A stretch of 64,000 bases of DNA, taken from the NCBI GenBank assembly GCA_048013815.1, contig CM106586.1:21762001-21826000 (forward strand). Reading direction: 5' to 3'. The DNA comes from Setoptus koraiensis. Lineage: Eukaryota; Animalia; Arthropoda. How positions within the stretch are numbered: the stretch's first letter is position 1; each line of letters opens with the position of its first letter. Shown here piece after piece: positions 35,626 to 48,050 of the stretch. The notes beneath the pieces were generated by a model. It was not told the origin of the DNA, did no database searches, and worked only from the letters and a program-made list of their open reading frames with translations. The translations under genes were made by a program, and so were the position numbers.

Positions 35626-37279
35626 AACATTTGAAGATGTAAATAACGAATAATAATAAAATCGGTTGTTTCCCCAGCCCAAGCTGAGCGAAATAAATCT
35701 CTATTTGAGTCAGGCCTGGTGTTTATCTGTAAACGTTAACTGCAATAGCAGATAGCGCCATAATGTTACGCTATCTGCTAAATGAAACCCTGCTTGTGTG
35801 CACAGTGCACTTCTTTCGATGCACCAAGATCGGTTTACAAAAAACCCGCTAGGGGCGCTCACAGTGTTCCAAAATTTCAGATCCGAATCTACAAAGTGGC
35901 CGCTTGGAAACCGTTACACTGAAAGGTTTTACGCTGTATGATATCGCAAATCATGATGCAATCATGATGGAGCAAATCAACACTGGCGGATTTTTTTATA
36001 AATTGATCTAGATACTTTCATATAGAACACCTATTGCATTTGTTTTTGAGCTAGCGCGCCTTTGTACGTGCATTTCTGTGCTTGTGTTGCAGTGTGATGC
36101 ACTTTCATTGAAACTGTTTGTTGCGACACCCCAATGCGTAAGTAAATATACGAATCTTGCTCGATACATTTGTATTACAACTCCAAAGAGACGAAGAATC
36201 TAGATTTTTGCCCCAAGTCGAGGCTTTCGACACTAAGCTCTCGTTGATTTACCTTTCATACGATCAGAAAAGTTAGTAAGTATTGAACTCCACTTTTGAC
36301 AATGACAAACAATGGTATAAACATCACTAGCATCTGTTCAGTTTGACCGTACTACTCGCACCGCGCTCAGTTGTTGCACCTCCCTCGATCATCCAATCTG
36401 ATTGTTCTGGATTCCTTCAGAGGTATAAGAAGATGTACTTGCTCCACAAGAGAGTTCTTAGTGAAATGGACTCTCACGAGATGATTGGTGACAATTTTTG
36501 ACGGGCGGGAGTCCTCGCGCGGGTTACATCATTTCCCGTCCTCCCACTCATCTCGCGAGATATATGTATGACTCATGATATGAGGCGCTAATATTTGCAC
36601 ACTTTGTACATGTCTATGAAATGTATGAAAGCATCAATCACAGTAACATATCTATCAATAATCTTGATGTGTCGTCAGAGATTCAGGATATGTCAGTGGA
36701 TTCTCAACATGAATCTCAACCACTGGCATAGCTTATGTACAGACGACAAACGAGAGAACCGGAGTTGAGCCTCTCTCTGCCATCTCCCACCTTCCCGTCT
36801 CAGATTGGGGAGCGGGCAGCTCCTCATTCCTGATTGCAAGATGGGACCTCTCGGGGAAGAACTTTATATGCGCGAGAAGGAGATAAGTTGACGGGTGCAA
36901 TGATACAGATAAAGTTTAGATATGAATTATATCACATAAAACCCATGTGGACGTGAATTGTTTGTCTTCATTGGTCATCGAAGAGCTTCCCGTTCCGCAA
37001 AGGGGGAGGTGGGAGACCGCATCAATATTTTTTAAATCACGCGCTGTGCGTTCAAGAATCACCCTACAATGTAGAAGGAGCAAGGTTCATTGTGTTCCAA
37101 GAAGGTGTTGCAAAAAGATATGTTCACAAGCAAGAACATCTAGCGCTAACAAAGACTTTGCTATCTACATATATATATGCATACATATATAATTGCCTGT
37201 CTTTAAATCAATCAACCGATAGGAAATACCATCACGTCTGACACTTATCGGGTGACTTTTACTTTCTTGCAGTCCAAGA

Positions 37280-40200
37280 ATGCCAATCATGGACAACCCA
37301 GGTCAATCCCTGGCATCTGACAATGCCTTTCCAGTCGAGTCTCTATTGCCAAAAAAGGAAACTTGTGCTGCAAGTTTCATCAAACGAAACCCAAATTTTG
37401 ATGGTCGTGGTGTTAAAATAGCAATCTTTGACTCAGGATTAGATCCTGGTGCTCCAGGACTTTCAGTGACAACCGATGGAAAACCAAAAGTCATTCATAT
37501 GTGTGATGCCACGGGCTCAGGGGATGTAGACACCTCTGCAAAAGTATCATTAGATACCACAAACAATACCATTATCGGACTCACTGGTAGGACTCTGAAA
37601 ATCCCCGAAACTTGGCCGGCGGCCTTCGACGGCCAGTATCATATAGGTATCAAGAGTGGATATGAGTTATATCCAAGATGTGTGAAAAATCGAGTTTCAA
37701 ATTTATATACCCAACAAAAAATCAGTCCACAATTGAATAATTTACGTGCCCATGTTCTCTCGCAAAATCAGGCTTTCAAAGAGAAACAAGACAAACTGAA
37801 GGGACAAGAGAGATCGAACAGCGACAAACTCTTAGCTGATGAGTACCAAGCGAGACATAATATTATCGAGAGCATCCAAAAGATAATCAAAGATCGAGGT
37901 CCAGCATATGATGTGATATGTTACAACGACGGAACATCGTGGAAAGTATGCATAGATACCAGTGAGACTGGAGATCTAGCATCTTGCACACTCTTAGGCC
38001 CTTTCAGCGAGACACACCAATTTGCCACTTTAACTCAGACTGACCGATTGAACTACGCAGTTAATGTTCATAATGATGGAAACTTGGTTGAGATAGTGAG
38101 CATGTCAACATCCCATGGAACTCATGTGGCGAGCATAGCTGCGGCTAACTTCCCGGACGAACCTGAGAAAAATGGGGTAGCGCCTGGGGCTCAACTTATC
38201 AACATATGCATCGGTGATACTAGGCTCAATTCTGAGGAGACTGGTGTATCACTAATCAGAGCTCTAACTAAGGCCGTGGAATTAGGCGCTGATATCATAA
38301 ACATGTCCTATGGAGAGGTCAGTTCTGGAGAAGAAGGACGTATAATGGAAGTATTAGAAAAGGCTATTTGCAAATTTGGTCTCATATTTGTTGTTTCAGC
38401 AGGTAATTCTGGGCCTGCTCTCTCGACATTTGGGACACCACCTGGTAGTATTTCAGAAGCTATTGCTGTTGGGGCGTGGGTTTCACCTGACCTCATGTCG
38501 ACTGCCTACTCTATGAGAGAGAAATTACCTGCAACATACTATACATGGACATCAAGGGGTCCAACACTGGATGGGGCAGTCGGTGTTAGCATATGTGCCC
38601 CAGGCGGTGCAATCACTTCTGTTCCTAATTGGTCACTAAAAAATCATCAGTTGATGAATGGAACTTCCATGGCATCACCCAATGCTGCCGGTTGTGTTGC
38701 ACTTTTATTATCCGGATTAAAACAAAAGAAAATTCACTATTCACCTTTCAGCATCAAACGCAGTATTACAAATACAGCACGGAAACCGTCTAATTATGAT
38801 GCATTTGCTATGGGCTCAGGTGTGATATCTGTTGAAAAAGCATTCGAACACTTGGAAGCTCACGCTAATTCATCTGATTGTGATGTCCGTTTCCAAGTGA
38901 AAGTTAGTTCTCAAGGCTTAGCAGGTTTAGAGAATGGAAGAGGAATATATCTTAGAGAACCTAGACAAACCAAATTTGCGATGACACACACTGTTTCGAT
39001 CGAGCCTTCATTCTTGAACGACATTAATAGTTCACCAGTGTCAGCTGAATGTTCGGATATTTGCAACACTCAGCGCCATATCGATTTTGAAATGAACTTT
39101 TTATTAACATGCGATGCCTCTTATGTGACAGCTCCATCCTATTTAAGTCTTAGTTATACGACTAGAGTATTTGGAGTGAAAGTTGACCCTACAGGTTTAG
39201 CGCCCGGAGTCCACCACACATCTATTGTAGCGCATGATGCAGCCAACCAAGACAAAGGGGTCATGTTTGAAGTACCTATAACAATAATCAAAACTTTACA
39301 AGTGACAGATAAGATAGATTGGAAAATAGATTTCCCAGAAATGATTCTTAGGCCAGATATGGACATTCCTAGATTCTTCATCGATGTCCCTGATGGAGCT
39401 ACGTCCGCTGTTTTTGAGATAAGCCATATGGAGAACAGTGAACCAGCAACGATTATGTTACACGCAGTCCAACTAATGCCTCACAAAAGTGTGCGCGGTC
39501 ACCTATACCGCCTCAACTTTACTCTACTAGACTTGAGCACAGTAACACGTTGCTTCCCAGTTGTGGGCAATCGGACTTTGGAATGTACATTTGGAAAACT
39601 CTGGTCGTCTGTTGGACATTTGAGAGTTAAATCGTCCATTAGATTTTTCGGTTTATCACCTCTTAATTATTTAGGCGGTACACTTACGTTGAATCACGGA
39701 GAACTATTGTCTAGAATTGATGTCATTTCCCCGTTCAGACGAGATGAGATTCAACCTTCGATCTCTTTGAAACAACTAGCCACCCCACTGAAACCCTCAA
39801 GCAGCAAGATTAGTGCTTTGACCACCCGAGACAACATGATTTTTGGCGTTGAACCCTCATTCGAAATAATTCTCACATATGCCGTCAGTATTGCGACTAA
39901 GACAAGTGAAGTGACTTTTGATTGTCGCCTAACATCAGATTTTCTTTATGAATCAGAGTACGAAAGTCAATTGTGGCTTTTATTCGATTCAAATAAGAGC
40001 TTTGTTGCAGCTGGTGACTATAATCCAAGTAGATATTGCGTCGATTTGGAGAAGGGTGATTATACTCTCAAGTTTCAATTTAGACACTGTAAACATCAAA
40101 TGGTCAAACGGCTTGAGGATTTACAGATAACAATGATAAGCAAACTAAGCGGGCCGATAAACTTGGATATATACGCCAATAAATCGGACGGTGTTTATGC

Positions 40201-41440
40201 CAATGGAAAAAAGTTTAAAGACACGATGTTAGATTCCGGTACTGTTAAACCATTTTACGTGTCCTCTATGAATTCGGAGCGTCTACTCAAAGGTATTACC
40301 TTGACAACTGGTTCTTTTTTTAAGGGGACACTTGTTTTGTCCAGATCACAACTTCGTTCCCAGGCAGAAACCTTTCCAATAATATACAATATAGATGGAC
40401 CAATTGCTAAGCCTGCGCAACCTGTCGTCAATTCAAATAAGAAGCATAATCAACCAACTGCTACTAAGCAACAAGATTCAACTACGATTGAATCAACGAA
40501 TAAATTAGGTGATGATGATGGAATTAAAAGTTATCAAGAGGCTCTCTTGGACTTCAAATTGAATTGGTTGGCCAAACTTGAAGGATCTTGTGCCGATGAA
40601 GTTTTCAAGGAACTGGAATCAATTAAAGAAGAGCATCAGGCAACTAGATCACTAAACTATCTTAAGAGTATATTCAACAGCGAGCTATCCGAGATGAGCT
40701 TACATAACTTGACTAAAATAGAGGCAATATGTGATGAAATACTAGATAAAGTAAAACCAGGAGAGCTGCTCAAACAGTTAACAATCGCTTGCAAAACAGC
40801 TTCTGTAACTACCTCTCCCACTGAAAAGACTCCCAAGGCCAAAGAGCTGGACAAATTGAAAAATATAGTGGTCGAAACGCTGATAAAGAAAGGGAATGCC
40901 ATTTGTAGCTATATACTAGATCAACGTCCGTCATTAAAACCAGACACAGCCACCAGTAAAACTGTTGGTCAAGTCACACAAGGTGACGATAAATCCACAG
41001 TGAGCAGTAGCGCCAAGTATATGCATCGTGACCAGGCTGATTTACCGGACACCGTGAAAGATCAATTGCACAAGTTAGATGATCTCTACTTTGAGCTCGC
41101 TAATTGGATAGAGTTGAGCGATCCTAAGGTTATCAAATTGATAGAGACACATGCTGTTCTCAGAGGACACTACGGGCGCGCAATCGCATCATTGTTGTCT
41201 CAAAAGGAGGCAAAAGTGGATGCTGAGTTCTACAGGAATCTGATAAGTGTATGTATTCTCTCAACAAGAACCAATATGTTGTCAATCATTTTACATTCTC
41301 ATACGAGTCTGACTGATCAAATTTCTCCCATATTCCATTAACAGTACTTTAGACTTATGGACAGTCCATGGAACTGGATCAGCGACATCATTGAAAGGTC
41401 TTTCTACGTCCGATGCCCTGAATCATACAGACCCTTCTGA
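37280..41440 (+). CDS. TPP2: Tripeptidyl-peptidase II (S8 subtilase); exons 37280-41248 and 41345-41440
   Basis: FPVESLLPKKET N-terminus; catalytic triad AIFDSG, SHGTHVA, NGTSMASP. A 96-nt intron (AGT|gtatgt…ttaacag|TAC) yields the typical end …CPESYRPF*. Confidence 0.97.
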
Positions 41441-41708
41441 TCAAGGTGAAGTACTAATGTGCAATTAGGTAAAATACACCTAATATTTGAATGTTTTAGA
41501 GCCAATAAACATCATATAGAGACTTCTCAATCTCATTCTACTTTACAGACTCACACGAGCTGTAGCTACTAACGATTAAATTTTAAAGTAGCTAAGGTTC
41601 TGTAAAAATCGAAAATTGATCAAGAATTCTATTGCAATAATTTTATCTAGGTCTCTATTAGTTGTAACATTTTACGCAGCGTGCGCTAATTTTATTTGTT
41701 GCAAGAAT

Positions 41709-44174
41709 CTAATAAAGAGCTACCGACCCTCCATTGACAGGATCCGTTTGTATGGATATACAATTGGTTTTCATCTGCTGATTTTTGTTTGATTTTGGTT
41801 TGGTTTTTTTCTTTTTGCTTATAGATTTGCAAACGGTGTTAATTTGTTTCAAACTTTGCTCCGAAGAGTTGGACTTCTTTTTAATCTTCTTTTTGGTAGT
41901 GCCAACAGAGCCTGGGGCGGGTGATGAGGAGGCGACCATTAATAATGATTGTGGTCCAGGAGATAAAGTGGATGGGGTAGTCCTCGATGTAGTGCTACAT
42001 GGATGATCATTAGACATGGGTGACCCATTTGATAGGGAGGTATCAACTGATGATTCAACGAAGGCGAGAAAAGAAATTAGACACTGGAATGGTTTCTTGA
42101 GATACTAGTTCGATCATGAAAGGAATCAAGTCTACTTACTAGTTATTAGTGATACATTCGGCGATGACCTGAGTTTGGGCGAGAATTTATGGGCAATCTT
42201 GCGACACTCGTCAGTGACAAACTTTTGGAGGCATATTTTGATCCAACATGCATTACAACGACTGTCGAAGGTCATCAGACAGTCACCTAGAGATTGAGTA
42301 AGAGGAGTATCATACATACGCAGATTCAGAGTTGGTTGTTTAGAGAACATTCTATGATGCTAATGATGCAAAGTATTCATAGTTTATTCTTCTGCACCTA
42401 CCATCTTGGGCACAATAGAATTGCCGGGGCCATTGCATAAATTGCTCAAAGAATTTGGAACAAATCTGACAACTATTCTGATTGTAGGTTTTGATTATCA
42501 TTGGGGATCTCTGCTGTATACCACATATAGCACATTTTAAAAGTTCGTGACCAAACTCTTCTTGTTCTGCGATAATGATATATTGATAGCGAAATATTGA
42601 ATAAGAGTTAATTTTTAAGCCTGATTAGAGACAGAGAAATTCTTATATTTCTATTGGTTCCCAAGAATGGTTCTGAAATAAAGGTACTTACTCTTCGAAG
42701 CGATATTTGGCGGTCTCCGACTTGACACAACACTACCACCATTCGTTGTGGCAACTATGTTTTTTATATTAAGGTTATTCACAAATATTGGAGGGGATTG
42801 AAACACACTCATCCCTGTTCGCAAAGTATTAGATCTTTTGCTTGTTTGTTTCACTAAGTCTAATGGTTGACTATCATTATTCAAGCGGGAGTTGGGGTCA
42901 TTATCTAAATCATCAAACATCAGAGGTCTTTTTAGTATCCTTCTAATAGTCTTCTCACTAAGCTTCAATCGTGGTCTCTTCAAGTCGTTCATGAAAGATG
43001 GGGGTGATGGTGTAGGTGATGGGGGAGTTGGTGACATAGATTCTATAGATGATATTCTACTGCTAGTACGTGATGAATCAGAATCTGATGTCCATGAATC
43101 ATTAGAATCAGATTCAGTTGAGGTAAGATCTGATGAGAATATTTTGCCTTCAGATGACAATTCAGAACTAGTTCTACCATCTCCGTCTGATGTTTTACTG
43201 TCAGATTTGTGTTCAGCTTCAGAGACGTTACAATCAGCTAAGTTGATGATTGAATAAGAGAGATAACTAAGGTTAAACACGTGATCCGTAAGAGGGTTAG
43301 GATACTTGAGACATCTGAATAGTATTTTGTTTTACTTACGTGATGTAGTTGCAGTTAAAGCTTTTGCGCAAGATCTTTCATTATCACTCAAATCTTCAAT
43401 CGTTGTATCTTGGATTTTAATACCATTGGGCTTATTGCAGCTTCCGTTAGTCAACGAGGATATTTTTGGCAATATGTTGACGAACCGATCATTTATGCAG
43501 TGTTCAAGGTCATCTTGAGTGTTGCATGATGCATCCTTGTGATTTAATTCAATAGAAACTTTGTGTGAATCATCTCTCAGTGGAGATATATCACCGTTTT
43601 GTTTTTTTGCATTATCTATTCTGCTATCATCAATGATGCTAGGTAGATCCTGAACTTCTCTTTTGGTTTTCTCACTTATTCCATTTCTTGAACATGGCGA
43701 TCGTAATACTCTATCATTGGGTTTGGATTTTATTAAATTATGAGGAATATCAATGACAGGCTTGAGACTTGCTTTTGTGGCAACCTTGAGTGTTCTAGGT
43801 TGTTTGGGGGGTTTAGCCAGATCAAGAACACCATTGTTATGACCATTAACCTGCAATGGAGACTTAGAAACTATTTCCAAATCTTTGACTTCTTCCTCCT
43901 TACTAGATGGTGAAATAGTTTTCGCTTTTCTAAGAACATTAGCTCTAGCTGCAGTTGATTGACGAGTTGAAGATCTAGATTGAGTCACAATTTTGTTTGT
44001 CTGTAGCCTTTGATCTTTTTCTTTCTCAGAAATAGCTGTTCGGGCACAATCAGATTTTGCTGTAGCGTTGTTGTCAACATCTTGTTGGTTGCTTTCATTA
44101 ATTTTGATAGTAAGCAGCTGAAGGCACATTTTCAATCTGTTATCTGTTGCCGATGATGTGAGTCTTTGTAGACT
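41709..44174 (-). CDS. Multi-exon nuclear protein with Ser-rich regions and an atypical nuclear-receptor-type C4 zinc finger (5' end unresolved); exons 44174-43340, 43237-42692, 42566-42402, 42286-42140, 42046-41709
   Basis: Four GT-AG phase-1 introns join the ORF-track fragments in frame. The spliced product contains KCAIC-x17-CQICSKFF…YCAQDGDCLMTFDSRCNACWIKIC, a QPLDLV motif and a Lys-rich NLS-like tail. Confidence 0.8.
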
Positions 44175-44258
44175 CTGATAGAGTTAGATAGAAGAGTAAG
44201 ATAGGTGTATATGTTAGTAAAGTTACGGAAAATGGATACGACTACCATGATAGTTGTC

Positions 44259-44727
44259 TTATAGAGATTGTTTGCAATAGAAGAGAAATAAAAATATTTC
44301 TGCCTCAAGAGCAGCTAGAGCATACTGAGATAGGAGTCTACGGTCTTTCGCCGAAACATTGATTGAATTCGTCTGTTTAAACGAAGCTTGCGGTGCTATT
44401 ACTGAGGCGGTAGCACGCAGCAAAATGTCTCCTGATGTCAAAATTTAAAATAAAAACTGCACTAAAAAAATTATTATAAAATATCTTGCTTGAATATGGC
44501 GAGATGCTCACCCTAATGACGTTGTTGCTAGGCCTATTGTTTTCAGCAAGAGATTTGTACAATTCCTTGTGATTTTTGATGGTGGCTAGGCATTCTAAGC
44601 ATTCACCGTGATGTCCGATAATCTCTGAATTGATCTTGTCGAGATTATTGAAAACTGGACATCCATGCGCCTTGCCCCTGTATCTATGTGTTATGGGAGA
44701 TCTGTAGGCGTGACGTGGTCGAAACAT
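44259..44727 (-). CDS. Probable upstream coding exon(s) of the zinc-finger gene, or a separate small gene (MFRPRHAYRSPITHRYRGKAHGCPVFNNL…)
   Basis: ATG at 44727, protein-like frame ending at a donor AGG|gtgagc. Downstream acceptor catcag. No unambiguous in-frame join to the 44174 exon was found. Confidence 0.4.
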
Positions 44728-45399
44728 GATAAACACTCTAAGCAAAGGTTAGATGTTCCTGTTTACATGTCGATCAAATAAGATACAATACAGCTTCTTC
44801 TTGTAATGATTTCATTGAGAGATAAATATTGGTTGTCAACCATATTAGATCGTAGCGTAGAAGACATAATTAAGGAAAATGTGTTTGCAAGTGTTGTTGT
44901 TGTTGTTGACGTTTTTTGCATTTGAAGTATGCATTGAGATTTTGCTAATCAGATGAATGGTGATAGATGAAATTTGTCTTGATGGGTTTGCGTTTCAATT
45001 AGAATAATATGACTGATTTAATGTGTGCCCAGATGAATCCCATTTCGATTAATACCTTTAATAATAAAAAACAGCACCGATCATTTGTTCAAATGAGTGT
45101 ATGTATGCATGTGTGTGTGTCACCGTGTGTATTGTACGCGCGTACATTCGTCTTGATAATTGGTTTTAAAATTTATCTCTCCAGTAATAGTATCATGTAG
45201 TTATGTAATAAATAATGATATTGATGCGTGCGTTGATTTAAATATTAAATGCTGATACTGCCGTTGATATAATGATAAATCAATAATAATAATTATTAAA
45301 ATGATAATAGTAATAATAGTAATAACAATAATAATCGTAATAATAATTTATCGAAGATAGCGTCAGCTTGAATGGTTTTGCAGCTCATGCATGTATCAT

Positions 45400-45682
45400 G
45401 GCAATAATAATAGCAGCAATAATAATAATAATAATAATATGAGAAGATTCCATCAATCACATCTTATAATTGTGTGTGTGTGTGTGTGTGTGTGCGTGTG
45501 TTAATAATCGAACTTGTATAGTAGTTTAGGCAGACGAGCAGGCACACAAACAGACACACACATTCGCTCGCTTGCACACACTAGCTTAAATACAACGATA
45601 AAATATGATACGATGTTGGCTATTTTTTAAGTGGTATAGTAGTGATGCCATAGAGCAGCAGCCAATTAGATAGAGATGACGA

Positions 45683-45730
<48 letters not shown>

Positions 45731-46576
45731 ATGTGCATGTGTGCGTGTTCTTGTGTACGATCGCCATGCGTGTGTCCAATGGACAGTGTGTGTGTACATC
45801 GAATTTCGATGGCCAGTAACCAATAACAAATATAGGGTGTAACAAGCTAGTTTCGCCTTTCTCACTGTTTATGCTACCTTGCCTTTCACAATGCATTTTG
45901 TGTGATACACGATGGGGCCTACGCAAGCACAGATGGTGCACGGGGTCGCATCGCACTGAATATCGTGCACCAGTTGAGTGCACAGTGTGCACCGGATTTA
46001 ATGCACATGGTGCTTGTAGGGCCGTCAGCACATGCGATGCAATTGTATGTTTTGTGCCTATGTGCCGCACACAGTTGTTTACAACAGGGGGAATTGATAT
46101 TTACAGCCCGTAATTACCAATTTCGCGCACACACATTCACAATTTGCAGCTCGGCTGCAGCCGACATTGAATGAAAGCGACGACGAACAATATCTAAATT
46201 AAAAAAGCTGCTCATCATCGTTAGTATAGCCACAACGACATGTATACAATGGCAGATATACAGTACAGCATTTATGTAATGAAAGGTAAACCATGCACAA
46301 GCGCGAGCACCATACAAAAGCACCCAGTTGACTCTGAGATTCTCACACATTACCCGCTCTGGCGTGTTCTGTGCCACACAGTCTGCGCCGCAGACTGGCG
46401 CTTGTGTGCCTGTGAGCGTGTGTGTGTGTGTGTGTGCGTTTGTTGGCTGTGCGCCCCCTCTTGTCGAGCACACACACACACTCACAACACACAAAGAAGC
46501 CACGCACCAGCAGTGCAGCCAGCAGACTATTGACAAAAATACGCGCATACAAAGTGATGAATGAAATCCATACTCG

Positions 46577-46611
<35 letters not shown>

Positions 46612-47151
46612 TGTAGCCAAATTAGACAGAGTGACTGCTGCTGAAACACAGGACTGCAGACAAAACAAGCAGCAGACAGCATCTGCTCGCTCTCTTGACT
46701 GCAGTCTGGCATCCGCCGCCGCTGTCGCGCTGCTGCTGCCGCTGCAGTCAACAGCAACTGGCTGTGCAACTGCAGATGGTGCGCACAGTAACGCCGCGGC
46801 AGCGCCGCAGTCTGCCAGTCTGGCACAGCAGTGGACTAGTGCCAGTAGACTAGCGGCGGCAGCAGCAGTAGACTGTCTGGAGTGCACCACAATCCACTGG
46901 CGGAGGGGGCAGCAGTGGAGCATCGGCTTCGATCAGCACTCACATTTATTCATGCATGCGCCGCAGCGAGTGCAAGTGTGTGCATGTGTGCCAAACATTA
47001 GTAGACGCCGTGTGTGCTTTTGTACTTATTGCACCTCTTGTCTCTTTGGGTTGTCGCTATTTAATATGGGAATTATCACTAGCGCCACCACTAAACGATC
47101 GTCGTCATCATCATCGGTCGTCGTGGTTGCAACTTGCAACAACTGACACAA

Positions 47152-47186
<35 letters not shown>

Positions 47187-47420
47187 ATTCTCAATGGTAA
47201 ACAAGCCATGTCCGTCCGTCCGTCCGTCCGCTCTACCTTGGCCGATGGTGAGCCCCCCTCTTTATCATTTGTTTTACACAAATCAACGTGTGTTCGCGCG
47301 CGCGCGCTAAGTCTGCTCTGTCTCGTTGTGTGTCGCTAATGCTCTGCTGGAATTAAAACTATTCTCAACAACAACTACCTTTGCTGCTGCCGCTGCTGCC
47401 TTCCCCCTGTGTCCATTCGT

Positions 47421-47452
<32 letters not shown>

Positions 47453-48050
47453 ACAACAACGACAACAACAGCGCCAATTGTGTGACTAGTCATTCGCTGT
47501 CAGTTAGCAGCCACTTCCTATGGCTCATATAGCTTATATATAATATAAGTTATATTCACTAAAAATTGCCTTAATTTGAGCCAACAACAACATTCTTCTT
47601 CTTCTTCTTCTTGCTCGCTGACTGGCTGCATTATGCAATGCGTCAGTGGTCCATCGATCGCTCTGTTTGTCTGTCTGGCAACAATCTTGCGCTCGCCGTG
47701 TGCTTGCCAGTACAAGTGGTGGCAGTATAAATGATACTTGTGCATTATTAAAGACGCCAGAACTGGAATTATGGACGGACACACAGACACACACACGTTT
47801 AGTGGTGTAGAATGGTGGCATTCAATTCTTCTTTTTGCTCATTCCAGTTCTTCTGCGAACGACCCGACGAACTTTGAGCGCACTCACCTGACTAATACAC
47901 ACACACACACACACACGATGATGCAGATCTAGTAGTACTAGTGCCAGTGCCATCGGTAATGATGACGGGCGCCTATTCTACATAAATTCGTTTGAGAGTT
48001 CGACAATGTGCTGTTGTGAGTGTGTGTGTGTGTGTGTGTGCATTTAATAC
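45400..48050. repeat. Microsatellite-dense region: many (TG)n/(CA)n tracts (e.g. 45685-45728), plus (AAT)n, (AAC)n and (GCT)n
   Basis: Direct reading. The long Cys/Val/His/Thr-rich ORFs here are by-products of these tracts. Confidence 0.9.

Noticed and set aside
36493-36500. Sm site suggesting U12, U4 or U5 snRNA
   Set aside because: The conserved 5' sequences of those snRNAs are absent. It is kept only as part of the unknown structured-island finding.
46114-47146. 269-aa (-) and 187-aa (+) ORFs
   Set aside because: They are products of (CA)n/(TG)n and GCT-rich repeats, giving THTH/CVCV/poly-Ala translations.
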